A stretch of 64,000 bases of DNA from Scyliorhinus canicula (GCF_902713615.1 NC_052159.1:21689709-21753708), one strand, 5' to 3'; positions 1 to 12,682 are shown, counted from the stretch's first letter. Notes: a model not told the origin generated them from the sequence alone. Numbers and translations are program-made.

Positions 1-3000
1 TATTCTGTCTAGGATCCCCATTGGCGGGAGGCGCGGGAAAGATGGGACCTGTCTACGAACAAAGTCCCGCAACTGTAGGTATCTAAAATCATTTCCCCTT
101 ACCAACCCAAATTTCTCCTCCAAGCTCCTCAAACTCGCGAAGCTCCCTTCCAGGAACATATCACCCACCCTTCCCGCCCCTGCTCGCCGCCATACTCGGA
201 ACCCTCCATCCATACTGCCGGGTGCAAACCGATGGTTGTCGCAGATTGGCGCCCAGACAGACGCCCCCATCTCCCCCACATGCCTCCTCCACTGGCCCCA
301 TATCCGCAGGGTCGCCACCACTACCGGGCTGGTGGTGTACTTGGCCGGCGGCAGCGGTAGAGGAGCCGTGACCAGGGCTTCCAAACTGGAGCCCCTGCAC
401 GAAGCCGCCTCCACCCGCTCCCAAATAGACCCCGTACCCACCATCCACTTCCTTATCATAGCGATGTTGGCCGCCCAGTAATAATTGACCAGACTCGGCA
501 AAGCCAGCCCTCCCTCGCTGCGGTTCCTCTCCAATATCGCCTTCTTCACCCGCGGAGACTTTCCCGCCCAGACAAAGCTCCTGATCAGCCCGTTAACTCT
601 TTTGAAGAAGGACTGTGGGATAAAGATCGGGAGGCACTGAAAAATAAACAAAAATCGAGGGAGGATTGTCATCTTTACAGTCTGCACCCTCCCTGCCAGC
701 GACAGCGGGAGTGCATCCCATCTCCGAAACTCTCCCTTCATTTGCTCCACCACCCTGGCCAAATTTAACTTATGCAGCCTGCCCCAGTCTCGTGCCACCT
801 GGATTCCCAAATACCGGAAATTTTCCTCAACTAACCTAAACGGTAGCCCTCTCAATCTGTTCTCCTGGCCCCTTGCCTGTACCACAAACATTTCACTCTT
901 GACCGTATTTAATTTGTATCCTGAGAACTGGCCGAACTCCCTCAGCATTCCCAGTATAGTTCCCATCCCGGCCACTGGGTCCGACACGTACAGGAGCAGG
1001 TCGTCTGCATAAAGAGAAATCTGTGTTCAACCCCGCCCCTCACCATCCCCTTCCAACCCTCTGCGGCTCTCAGCGCAATCGCCAGCGGCTCTATGGCCAG
1101 CGCAAACAGCAGCGGGGAGAGCGGGCAGCCCTACCTGGTCCCTCGGTACAACCTAAAGTACTCCGACACTTCTCTGTTGGTCCTGACGCTGGCCCTCGGG
1201 GCCTGATATAATAATTTGATCCGATCCACCAATCCCTCCCCGAACCCAAACCGTCCGAGCACCTCCCATAGATATTCCCACTCCACCCGGTCAAAGGCCT
1301 TCTCGGCGTCCATAGCCACCACTACCTCCACCTCTCTACCCGCCGGGGGCATCATTATCACATTGAGCAATCTCCTCAGATTGGCCGCCAGCTGCCTACC
1401 TTTCACGAACCCCGTTTGATCCTCCCCAATCACCTCCGGTACACAGTCCTCCATTCTACCCGCCAGTACCTTTGCCAGGAGCTTGGCATCTACATTAATC
1501 AGGGAGATTGGCCTGTAGGACCCGCACACCTCCGGGTCTTTACCCCGCTTTAATATCAGAGATATGGTGGCTTGTGACATCGTCGGCGGCAGGGTCCCTC
1601 TGTCCCTTGCCTCATTGAAAACCCTCGCCAAGACCGGGCCCACCAGCTCCGAGAACTTCCTATAAAACTCTACTGGGTATCCATCCGGCCCCGGGGACTT
1701 CCCCGACTGCATGGCCTTTAGGCCCCCCAATACCTCCTCTACTCTAATCGGGGCCCCCAGCTCTTCCACTCGCCCCCCCCAACTGTTGGGAATGTTAACC
1801 CATCCAGAAACCTTTTCATTCCCTCCGGTTCTTCTCCGAAGTATACAGCTTACGATAGAAGTCCCGGAATACCCTATTCAATTCTGCCGGATCCTCCACT
1901 TTGCGCCCCCCCTCGTCCCTCACTCTACCTATTTCCCTGGCCGCCTCCCTCCTCCTAAGTTGCTGCGCTAACAGTCTGCTAGCCTTTTCCCCATACTCGT
2001 ACACCACTCCCCTCGCCTTCCTAAGCTGTTCCACGGCCCTGCTCGTGGATAGTGCCCCCAGTTCCGCCTGTAGCCTCTGCCTCTCCCTGAGTAAAACCTC
2101 CCCTGGGGACTCCGCGTGCTCTTCATTTATCCGGCCCATTTCCCTGACCAATCTATCCATCTCTGCCCGGTCTGCCTTGGCTCTATGGGCCCCAATTGAA
2201 ATCAGCTCCCCCCGCACTACTGCCTTTAGCGCCTCCCACACGGTCGCCGCTGAGACCTCCCCAGTGTCATTCACCTGCAGGTAATTTTTTATACATTTCC
2301 GAAGCCTCTCGCAGATCCCCTCCTCCGACAGCAGTCCCACATCTAGCCTCCATTGCGGGCGTTGATAACTCGCTCCCCCAAACTGCAGGTCCACCCAATG
2401 CGGGGCATGGTCTGAAATGGTAATTGCTGAGTATTCCGTGTTCTTTACCTCCCCCATACAGTCCCTGCTTAGCACAAAGAAATCTATCCTGGAATATACT
2501 TTGTGGACGTGCGAGTAAAACGAGTAGCCCCTTCCTGTTGGCTGTCCCTCTCTCTAGGGGTCCACTGCCCCCATTTGCTCCATAAACCCTTTCAGCTCCC
2601 TTGCCATTGCTGAGAGTCTACCCGTTCTGGGACACGACCGATCCAAAGTCGGGTCAAGGACCATGTTAAAGTCCCCTCCCATTATTAGCCTGCGAGAATC
2701 CAAGTCCGGGAACTTCCCCAGCACTCTTTTAATGAAGTCCACGTCATCCCAGTTCGGGGCATATATATTCACCAGCACCACTCTTCTCCCCTCCAGCCTG
2801 CCCCGTACCATCAGGTATCTGCCCCCCCTGTCTGCGGATATGCCCTCTGCCTCAAATTGCACGCGCTTGTTGATCATGATTGCCACCCCTCTGGACTTCG
2901 AGTCCAAGTCCGAGTGGAAGACCTGGCTAATCCAGCCCTTCCTTAGCCTGGTCTGGTCTGACACTTTCAGATGTGTCTCCTGCAACATAATTACGTCCGC

Positions 3001-3403
3001 CCTCAGGGCCCGCAAGTGCGCGAACACCCGCGCCCTCTTAACCGGCCCATTCAGTCCCTTGACGTTCCAGATGATCAGCCTGGTCGGGGGGCACATCCCC
3101 CCCCCCCACCCCGCCGGTCAGCCATAGCCTTTCTCGGGCCGGCCCCTGACCCGTGCGTCGCGCCCTTCCTGGCCCGCCCTATAGCTGCCTCCACCCTCGA
3201 CCTCCTTTCCAGTGCTTATTTCAAGTCCCTCTCCCGTCAGCAGAACAACCCCCCCCCCTCCCCTAACCCCATCCCCCGATACCCCCACCCCTGCCATCTA
3301 CTGGCTGTAACTTCCCCCCCCATCTGACTTCCTTGACTAGCCAATCTGCTAGCCCGGTGACTCAACACTCCGGCGCCTTCCTGTCCCATTCCCCTTGTTT
3401 ATG
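1..3403 (-). mobile_element. L1-clade LINE, 5'-truncated, frameshifted ORF2 (APE endonuclease + RT); runs off the window start
   Basis: Minus ORFs 2554-3096 (WNVKGLN, LQETHL, NIYAPN, MGGDFN), 1816-2475 (SDHAP) and 1131-1769 (KSPGPDG, YRPISL, DAEKAFDRV); YADD near 990-1010; G-rich spacer 3130-3400. Confidence 0.95.
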
Positions 3404-3739
3404 GCTCGTTAATGCTTGCAATCTACTTTCTCTTAAAGAGGCCACTTGGGGCCTATCTATATACCTTCAAGATAGAAGGGGAGAAATTAGTTTGTCAAGT
3501 TTGCTGGTGTTATGATCCAGTTAGGGACCAGTAACTTTTTGTTTAAAGTAGACAAAGTTTGAAATCCCAGTTTCCCACTAAGAACAAAGTCACAAGGTAC
3601 ATTGTTTTAAGCAAACAAAATAAACACACCACACTGCACATTAAATTCTACCTACAGCAAGACTGAACCCATTGATTTCTCAGCACCCAACCCTCACAAG
3701 AGATTTCAGATCTTCGCTTTTGAAAATCAGGCACCCTGA

Positions 3740-3765
3740 GGACTTCCGGTGGCGGCCATGGAGGA
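3740..3765 (+). promoter_or_regulatory. Putative L1 internal promoter (ETS-like ACTTCCGG plus YY1-like GCGGCCATGG)
   Basis: GGACTTCCGGTGGCGGCCATGGAG immediately after the 5' TSD; L1 promoters are internal and YY1-linked. Confidence 0.5.
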
Positions 3766-3893
3766 GTAGGTCGCACATTTGATAGCTCCCGCCTGTGTCG
3801 GACTTTTGGACCCCCCCCCCCCGTTTCCCCCCCAGATTTTATGGGATAAATCGGTGAAGAGTGAGACAGTGAGGAGAAATCCCCCTCCGCTGT

Positions 3894-4746
3894 ATGGAGA
3901 ATTGGACCAGAAGTGGCCGTGTGAGAAGACAAAGTCCTATAAGGAAGACGCGAGCAGAGCTGGCAACGCGGGAAAGCATGGCGGAGAGCAATGGTCGTGG
4001 GGAGACGGCACAGCGGTTGACGGAGCAACTGGTGAAGTTTTTCGAAGATTGCTTCGCCAAGCTGAAGAAAGACGCGCTGGACACGATTAAGGCTTCGAAT
4101 GATCAAGTGGTGCAGAATCAAGAGACCCACGGATGTGCGATCCAGGGAGTGGAGAAAATGGTGTCCGAGCACTAGGAATACATAACCTTGCTGGAGACCA
4201 AGGCGGAGATGATGAATGACCGCCAGAAAAGAATGCAGGAGAAGCTGGAGTACAGGTCCAGGAGGCAGAATCTTAGAATTGTCGGCCTCCCTGAAGGCAG
4301 TGAGGGATCGGATGCGAGAGCTTATGTGACGGACATGTTGGAGAAGTTGATGGGGGCTGAGGCATTCCCTCGGCTCCGGGAAGTGGATGGAGTGCACAGA
4401 GCCCTCGCAAAGAAGCCCTGAGTGAATGAGCCACCAAAGGTGATGGTGGTACGTTTTCTCCGATTCCTGGACAAGGAACACATTCTGCGGTGGGCCAAGA
4501 AAGAACAGAGCAACAAGTGGGAAAATTGAGAGCTGCGTATTTATCAGGACCTGGGCGTGGATATGGCCAAGAGGTGAGCTGGGTTTAATCAGGCAAAAAC
4601 GGTCCTCTTTAAGAAGGGGGTGAAGTTCGGGATGTTCGGGATACCCAGCCCGTCTATGGGTCACACATGAGGAACGGGACTTCTACTTTGAAACGCCAGA
4701 CGAAGAATGGACTTTTATTAAAGAAAAAAGACTGGAGGTGAACTAA
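3894..4746 (+). pseudogene. L1 ORF1p remnant
   Basis: Coiled-coil region then LEYRSRRQNLRIVGLPEG; several in-frame stops, many TGA consistent with CpG decay. Confidence 0.85.
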
Positions 4747-4897
4747 AAGACCCTGAAGCCTCGGAGAGCACTGTGGTGGCGATTTGTTGATCTGGGCTGT
4801 ATAAGTATAAGTAGTGTTATGTCTAATGAGGGGTTGTTTTGATGGCTAAAGTTGGTTGGGGGGGTGGTCTTCGGGGCTGGTTTTGGTTTTGTGTTTA

Positions 4898-5151
4898 GGG
4901 GCAGCACGGTAGCATGGTGGTTAGCATAAATGCTTCACAGCTCCAGGGTCCCAGGTTCGATTCCCGGCTGGGTCACTGTCTGTGCGGAGTCTGCACGTCC
5001 TCCCTGTGTGTGCGTGGGTTTCCTCCGGGTGCTCCGGTTTCCTCCCACAGTCCAAAGATGTGCGGGTTAGGTGGATTGGCCATGCTAAATTGCCTGTAGT
5101 GTCCTAAAAAGTAAGGTTGTTGGGTTACGGGTATAGGGTGGATACATGGGT
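4898..5151 (+). mobile_element. HE1-like V-SINE lacking its 3' tail, in the L1 inter-ORF spacer
   Basis: tRNA-like head with GGTTCGATTCC B box; V-core GTGGGTTTCCTCCGGGTGCTCCGGTTTCCTCCCAC. Confidence 0.9.
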
Positions 5152-5516
5152 CCTGATGTTTGTTTACTGGGGAATGTTATGCTTTTAATATGTTCGTCCA
5201 AGTGGGGGGAGAGGGGAGAGAACAATGGGGAGACAGACTGCTTGGTGCCATGGGCGGGCGCTATCAAGTCAGCATAGGTCAGCTGACTCACGGAAGCACA
5301 TTGGGGGGTGAGCAGGTGTTAAGCTGGAGCTTGACTTGGGTGTTTGGGTTTCTAGTGCTGTTGCTGGGATGGGGCGGGGGGGGGGGGGAAAAGAGTGGGA
5401 GCTGCTTTGCTGACAGGGGACGAACTCTTACTAGGGGACAAATGGGAGGTCGGGAATGTGAATGCCTGATGGGGGGGCTCGAAGAGGCAGAGCTGGAGAC
5501 TGGCCTAAAAAGGGTG

Positions 5517-6582
5517 ATGGCTAGTTGGGGTGGGGGGCATTTGAATGGGCCGGTCAAGAGGGATCGTGCGTTTGCGCATTTGAGGGGACTGAAGGCGGAC
5601 GTGACAATGCTACAAGAGACACACCTAAAGGTTATAGACCAGACGAGATTGAGAAAGGGGTGGGTTGGCCAAGTATTCCACTCGCGGCTAGACTTAAGAT
5701 CAGGGGGTAGCAATCTTGATCAATAAACGAGTGGCATTCGAGGCAGGGAGAATCTTGTCAGACAAGGGGGTAGGTACATAATGGTGAGTGGAAAGCTGGA
5801 GGGGCTGTGGGTGGTACTCGTGAACATATATGCTCCGAATTGAAACGATGTGGAATTCATGAGGCGGGTGTTGGGTAAGATCCCAGACTTAGAATCACAT
5901 AACCTGATTATGGGAGGAGATTTTAACACAGCCATTGATCCGGAACTGGACTGGTCAAAATCCAGGCTAGGGAGGAGGCCGGCCGCGGCAATGGAATTGA
6001 AAGGGTTTATGGAACAGATGGGGGGAGTAGACCCATGGAGGTTTGCATGGCCAAGGGCAAAGGAGTTTTCTTTTTTCTCCCATGTTCACAAGGTATACTC
6101 TCGCATTGACTTTTTTGTTCTGAGCAAGGCGCTAATACCGGGGATGGTGGATACGGAGTACTCGGCAATCGCAGTGTTGGATCATGCCCCACATTGGGTG
6201 GATCTATGGGTTAGTGTGGAGAGAGGGCAACGCCTGCTGTGGAGACTAGATGTGGGGTTGTTAGCGGACGAAGCAATCTGTAGGATGGTTAACAATTCCA
6301 TCCAGAACTACCTGGAAACAAATGATACGGGGGAGGTCTCTGCAGCGACGGTTTGGGAAGCTTTGAAGACTGTGGTCAGAGGGCAATTAATCTCGATACG
6401 GGCCCACAGAGACAAGGCGTAACGGCCTGAGAGGGATAGGTTAGTGGAGGAGATACTCCAAGTGGACAGGAGATACTCGGAGGCCACGGATGCGTGGCTA
6501 CTGAGGGAGAAGTGGAGGTTACAGGCGGAGTTGGGCTGTTGACTACAAGGAAAGCGGTGGAACAGTTGAGAAAGGCAAGGGG
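5517..6582 (+). pseudogene. Outer L1 ORF2, endonuclease part
   Basis: LNGPVKR, LQETHL, NIYAPN, MGGDFN, SRIDFF, DHAP; frameshifts and stops. Confidence 0.9.
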
Positions 6583-9536
6583 TACCAGAGGCACGTTGGA
6601 AACGGAACCAGAGAGGATTAACGAAACCTTCAAGGCCTTCTACCAAGAGCTGTACACCTCAGAGCCCCCAATGGGGAAAGCTGGGATGAACAGGTTTCTT
6701 GATGGACTGGACATACCAGTCGTGGGAGAGGGCAGAAAGCGGGATCTGGAAGCACCACTAGCACTGGGAGAGATCATGGACAGCATTAGCTCCATGCAGA
6801 CGGGGAAGGCACCGGGACTGGATGGATTCCCGGCGGACTTCTACAAAAAATTTGCGACAGCGCTGGCCCCGCACCTGCGGGAGATGTTCACAGACTCGCT
6901 AGCTAGGGGCACACTGCCACCCACGTTAGCACAGGCCTCAATCTCGCTGATACCTAAGAAGGACAAAGACCCAATGGAATGTGGGTCATACAGACCCATA
7001 TCTCTGCTGAACGCAGACGCCAAAATACTGGCCAAAATCCTAGCCAAAAGGCTAGAAGACTGTGTACCTGAGGTGGTCACAGAGGACCAGACGGGCTTCG
7101 TCAAAGGTAGACAGCTTACCGCGAACATCAGGCGCCTGCTGAACGTGATAATGACCCCCTCCGGGGAGAGAACACAAGAGGTGATCGTCTCCCTGGACGC
7201 AGAAAAGGCCTTCGACAGAGTCGAATGGAAATACCTCATAGAGGTACTGGAGCGGTTCGGGCTTGGAACAGGGTTCACCGCTTGGGTAAAGCTCCTATAC
7301 AATGCTCCCATGGCGAGTATACGGACCAACAATACCAACTCCCAATACTTCCAGCTGCACAGGGGCACCAGACAAGGATGCCCACTGTCCCCGCTGCTGT
7401 TCGCACTAGCAATCGAACCGCTAGCAATCGAACCGCTAGCAATCGCGCTCAGGGCAGCAAAAAATTGGAGGGGGATCCGAAGGGGAGGTAGAGAGCACAG
7501 AGTCTCACTCTATGCGGACGATCTGCTCCTCTATATCTCGGACCCACAAAGCAGCTTGGACGGAATCATTGCGCTCCTGAAAGAGTTTGGAGCTACAAAC
7601 TTCTCGGGCTACAAACTCAACATGAGCAAAAGCGAGATCTTCCCAGTACACCCACAAGGAGGGGGTGGGCAGCACTAACGGGACTGCCGTTTAAACAAGC
7701 CCGACACAAATTCCGCTACCTGGGGATCCAAATAGCCCATGACTGGAAAGGGATCCACAAATGGAACCTCACCAGCCTGACGGAGGAAGTTAAAAAGGAC
7801 CTGCAAAGATGGAACACACTCCCGCTCTCCCTCGCGGGGAGAGTCCAGACGATCAAAATGAACGTACTGCCCAGGTTCCTCTTCCTGTTTAGATCCATTC
7901 CGATCTACATCCCCAAGGCCTTTTTCAAAGCGCTGGACAAACTTATCATGGTGTTCGTATGGGGGGGGGGGGGGGGTAAAAATGCTAGGATCCCAAAGAA
8001 GGTCCTACAAAAAACAAAATCCAGGGGGGGGCTAGCCCTCCCAAATCTACAATTCTACCACTGGGCGGCAACAGCCGAGCGAGTAAGGGGATGGATCCAG
8101 GAGCCAGAAGCTGAGTGGGTGCGTGCGGAGGAGGCCTCCTGCATGGGGACCTCCCTCCGGGCCCTCGCCACGGCAGCACTCCCATCCCCACCCAAAAAAT
8201 ACTCCAGCAGCCCAGTGGTGACAGCCACCCTCCAATCCTGGAACCAACTGCGGCAGCAATTTGGCCTGACCAAAATGTCGGACAAGGCTCCCATCTGCAA
8301 CAACCATAGGTTCACACCAGCACTGACTGACGCCACCTTCAAAAGGTGGAGGCAGGACGGGGGGACACTGACAGTCAGGGACCTATACACGGACGACAGG
8401 ATCGCAACACTGGACGAACTGACATGGAAATTTCAGCTAGCTGGGGGGAACGAGCTACGGTACCTGCAGCTCAAAAACTTCCTAAGAAAGGAGACAAGGA
8501 CGTACCCACAACCGCCACGACAGACTCTACTGGAAGACCTACTGGACGCAAGTATCCTAGAGAAAGGGAACTGTAGCGACATGTATGACCGACTGGTAGA
8601 AAGGGACGACACCGTACTGGACGCAACAAGAAGGAAATGGGAGGACGACCTGGGGATGGAGATAGGGTGGGGACTCTGGAGCGAAGCACTGCATAGGGTC
8701 AACTCCACCTCCACGTGCGCAAGGCTCAGCCTGACGCAACTAAAAGTGGTACATAGAGCCCACTTAACGAGAAACCGTATGAGCAGGTTCTTCCCGGAGG
8801 TGGAGGACAGATGTGAACGGTGCCAAAGAGGCCCGGCCAACCACGCCCACATGTTCTGGTCTTGCCCCAGACTTGTGGATTACTGGACAGCCTTCTTCGA
8901 GATTATGTCCAAAGTGGTGGGAGTGAGGGTGGAGCCATGCCCGATAGTGGCGGTCTTTGGGGTTTCAGACCAGCCAGATCTATTCCTGGGGAGGAGGGCG
9001 GACGCCCTTGCCTTTGCCTCCCTGATCGCCCGCCGTAGAATCCTGTTTGGCTGGCGGTCAGCAGCACCGCCCAGAGCTGCAGACTGGCTGTCCGACCTCT
9101 CGGAATCTCTCCAAATGGAGAAAATCAAATTCGGCTTCCATAGAACGTGGGAGCCATTCATGCAACTGTTCCGGGACCTGTTTGTGGCCAACGTACAAAA
9201 GGAAGAATAGCCAGTTGGCCAAGAATCGGGGGAAAATGGACGGGAATTGGGGGAAGGTAGCCGGGGGGGGGTTACGGGTTCGTTATGGGGGTTTGATGGC
9301 AAGCTAAGGCCCAAAACCAAACTATAAATAAATGCCTATAAACATGTGCCTCGGCCATATTGGGGAATGTAGAATATGTATGCTGGCTAAAGGGGGCGGC
9401 CACAATTGTTGTTATAAAGATGCTTACCTGTAAATATACATGTTAAATTTTTGTGTCTTTTTTTTTTTCTCTAACAATTTGTAACTTGTCATATATAAAA
9501 CATGAAAACTCAATAAAAAACATTTATAAAAAAAAA
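6583..9536 (+). mobile_element. Nested 5'-truncated young L1 (RT, C-terminal cys-rich domain, 3'UTR, A-tail)
   Basis: ORFs 6494-7678 (YADDLL) and 7858-9210 (CERC..HMFWSC) separated by one frameshift near 7660-7678; AATAAA 9512; the outer ORF2 resumes at ~9551. Confidence 0.92.
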
Positions 9537-9545
9537 GAGAAGGGG

Positions 9546-11170
9546 GGGGGATCTATGAGTATGGGGAAAAGGCAAGCCGAATGTTAGCGTACCAGCTCAG
9601 GAAAAGGGAGGTGGCCAGGGAGATGGGGAAAGTAAAGAGTAGAGGTGGAAATACTGCCCTGGAGCCAGTGGGGGTGAATGAGGTGTTTAAGGACTTTTAT
9701 AGTAAATTATATGAGTCGGAACCCCTGGCTGGGGTGGAGGGGATGAGACAGTTTTTGGATCAGTTGAGGTTTCCGAAGGTAGATGAGGATCTGGTGGAAG
9801 AGCTGGGAGCCCCAATTGAGATTGAGGAAATAATTGAGGGACTGGAGGGCATGCAGTCGGGTAAGGCCCCGGGGCTTGATGGCTATCTGGTGGAATTGTA
9901 TTAGAAGTTTCCAGAGACATTGAGCCCACTGCTGGTGAGGACATTTAATGAAGCAAGAGAGAAGGGAGACCTCCCCCCAACAATGGTACAGGCCTCGATT
10001 TCATTGATCCTAAAATGGGAGAAGGATCTGGAGCAATGTGGGTCATACAGGCCAATTTCTCTACTGAATGTGGATGCCAAACTGCTGGCCGCAAGAATAG
10101 AGGACTGTGTCCCAGGGGTGATAGGGGAAGACCAAATGAGATTTGGAAAGGGCAGGCAACTCGAGGCCAATGTCCGAAGGCTTTTAAATGTTATTATGAT
10201 GCCCTCAGAAGGAGAGGAGGTGGAGGTGGTGGTAGCGATGGATGCGGAGAAGGCTTTTGATCGGGTGGAGTGGAATTACCTGTGGGAGGCGCTGGGAAGG
10301 TTTGGGTTTGGTGAGGGCTTTATTGATTGGGTGCGGTTGCTCTATCAGGCACCAGTAGAGAGTGTGCGTATGAACCGGCTGAGGTCAGGGCATTTTAAAC
10401 TACACTGAGGGACGAGGCAAGGGTGCCCCCTCTTCTCATTAGAGACTTCTTGCGAAAGCAGGCTCTGGCCTTCTCGCTGCAGCCGCCACGGGGGATACAG
10501 GACAGAGTTATCTACAGTACCTGGATGGGAGAGGGGAAGGTATCAAATATTAACCAGGAGCTGTGGAATGTGGAGGAAAACCTGGTGGAGGAGCTTAAGG
10601 GCAAGTGGGAGGACGAGCTACGAGGAGAGATAGAGGCGGGTCTGTGGGCGGATGCCCTAAGCAGGGTTAATACATCCTCATCATGTGCCAGGCTTAGCCT
10701 GATACAATTCAAGGTATTCGACCGGGCACACATGACTGTGGCTCGGATTAACAAGGTTTTCAGGATAGAGGACAGGTGTGTGAGGTGCACGGGAAACCCA
10801 GCAAACCATGTCCACATGTTCTGGACATGTCCGAAGCTTAGAGGGTTGTGGCAGGGTTTTGCTTAGGCAATGTCCACGGTACTCAAAACATGGGTGGTGA
10901 CAAGTCCGGAGGTAGCGACCTTTTGTAGCGTCGGAAGAGCCGGGAGTTCAGGGGGTGAAAGAGGCCGTCGTCTTGGCCTTTGCCTCCCTGGTAGCCCGGA
11001 GACTGATCTTATTAATGTGGAGGGACTCGAAACCCCCGAGTGTTGAGACCTGGGTCAGTGACATGGCTGGGTTTCTCAGTCTTGAGAAAATAAAGTTCGC
11101 CTTAAGAGGGTCAATGGTAGGGTTCACCCGGAGGTGGCAGCCGTTCGTCGACTTTCTCGGGGAAAATTAA
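9546..11170 (+). pseudogene. Outer L1 ORF2, RT/C-terminal part with large internal deletion near 10430
   Basis: IYEYGEKASRMLAYQLRK continues the frame broken at 6582; jump from GTRQGCP to IRDFLRKQ removes the YADD region. Confidence 0.9.
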
Positions 11171-11652
11171 ACTGTCAGCAGAAGCAGTATTCCAAAGTGG
11201 GGTGGGGGGAAGAGCCGGATTGTTGTTTCATGGTTGGGGTGTGTGAAAATTGGGATGGGAGTAGAAATGTTTATTTTAACATGTTCATGGCATTGTTATT
11301 ATTATAATAACTTGTAAATACCCTAATAAAAGTATAAAAAAAAATAAAAATCAGGCACCCTGATTCAAACTGCCACAATGATTGCTCACCTACTGATGGT
11401 CCAACCTTGTGTGACTGCATTACATGGGATTCACAAAACTGCACTCCTAATTACCACTTCCAACTCTTTCGCAGACTAATAGCTTCACTCAGCTGGCACT
11501 GCCCCAGGGTTTCTCAGAGCTCCAATCTTCCAGCTGCACCGAGCTATAATTAACTCCCAAGGCTTCTTTGTGAGCTGAAAACCGCGCAAGGTCCAAACTG
11601 CAACTACCCTCTCTCCCAGCAAGCACAAAGATAATTTGAAGCCAGAGAACTT

Positions 11653-11840
11653 TTTCCTCCAGGTGCTCTGGTTTCCTCCCACAAGTCCCAAAAGATGTGC
11701 TGTTAGGTAATTTGGACATTCTGAATTCTCCCTCTGTGTACCTGAACAGGCGCCAGAATGTGTCTACTGGGGGCTTTTCACAGTAACTTCATTGCAGTGT
11801 TAATGTAAACCTACTTTTGACAATAAAGATTATTATTATA
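11653..11840 (+). mobile_element. V-SINE, 5'-truncated, tail type 2 (..CTACTT(G)TGACAATAAAGATTATT)
   Basis: V-core plus tail shared with 39013 and 46806. Confidence 0.85.
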
Positions 11841-12261
11841 CTTAAGCTCCACCCATCTCCATGACGACACTGGTTTTCAGGGTTTGCTGAGTGCTTTAAA
11901 ATGAATTGAACTCTAATTTGCAAAACAGAACATCTCTCTGAGTTGCACCTCTTTGTGATGTTCTTAATGTAGTTTCATGCCACCCTCTGTTATATTCTGA
12001 CTGTTAAACAAAGGTGGATATTGTTCTGGACTGCCATTTTACTTTGGGTGTTCTGGCAATTGCTAATGCCCAACATTTTTGGTGCCGTGCCATCAAAACC
12101 GTAATCTTCCCAGAGCTAAATATTCCCTCTAAAATATTAACATGAACCAGAAACAATATATTCATAATACAGAATACCTCCCTTTTTGTTGAACCAAAGA
12201 ATTAAACAAAATAACATGTTGATGTACTGTACAAGACAGTAAATGTATATTAAAATTACAT

Positions 12262-12488
12262 TAATTTAAAAAATTTTTTTAAGAGTAACCAATTTTCCCA
12301 ATTAAGGGGCAATTTAATGTGGCCAATCCACCGCCCATGCACATCATTTTGGCTTGTGGGGGTGAAACCCATGCAGACACGGGGAGAATGTGCAAACTCC
12401 ACACAGACAGTGATCCGGGGCAGGGATCGAACCTGGGTCCTCGGCACTGTGAGGCAGCATTGCTAACCGCTATGTCACCGTGCTGCCC
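12262..12488 (-). mobile_element. V-SINE, A-tailed type 3
   Basis: Head, short core and AAATTGCCCCTTAATTGG..A-rich end, as at 37115. Confidence 0.85.
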
Positions 12489-12682
12489 AAAATTATGAGT
12501 TGTGAACTGTGGAGAAGTACAATGTTCCATTCGTGCATGGTGAAACACAGAATGAATGAAAGATGTTTGATCTATAAAGACTATCAAATGTTTCATCACT
12601 TGTTTTGAAATATTGACGTATCGAGTGTGAGAGAGAACATTGTCCTGAGTGCCTCGTTTATTGAAATTTTGTTTTCTCATAG

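Larger units (their letters stand above)
3740..11346 (+). mobile_element. Full-length degenerate L1-clade LINE (outer element) with nested insertions
   Basis: 5'UTR, ORF1, spacer, ORF2, 3'UTR, AATAAA 11325-11330 and A-tail; perfect 17-bp TSD AAAATCAGGCACCCTGA at 3723-3739 and 11347-11363. Confidence 0.95.
3508..12170 (-). mobile_element. Solo-LTR-like element split by the L1 (pieces ~3508-3739 and ~11347-12170)
   Basis: Starts TGTTATGATCC, the reverse complement of the GGATCATAACA end at 50392; sequence continues across the L1 TSD; far end uncertain. Confidence 0.4.

Noticed and set aside
3648-4664. 338-aa ORF antisense to L1 ORF1 and 5'UTR (ORF0-like?)
   Set aside because: No recognisable domain; it runs past the element boundary into the target; open antisense frames are expected opposite purine-rich coding DNA
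4898-4975. tRNA genes suggested by A/B boxes
   Set aside because: All are SINE heads followed by core and tail sequence, with no proper cloverleaf or terminator
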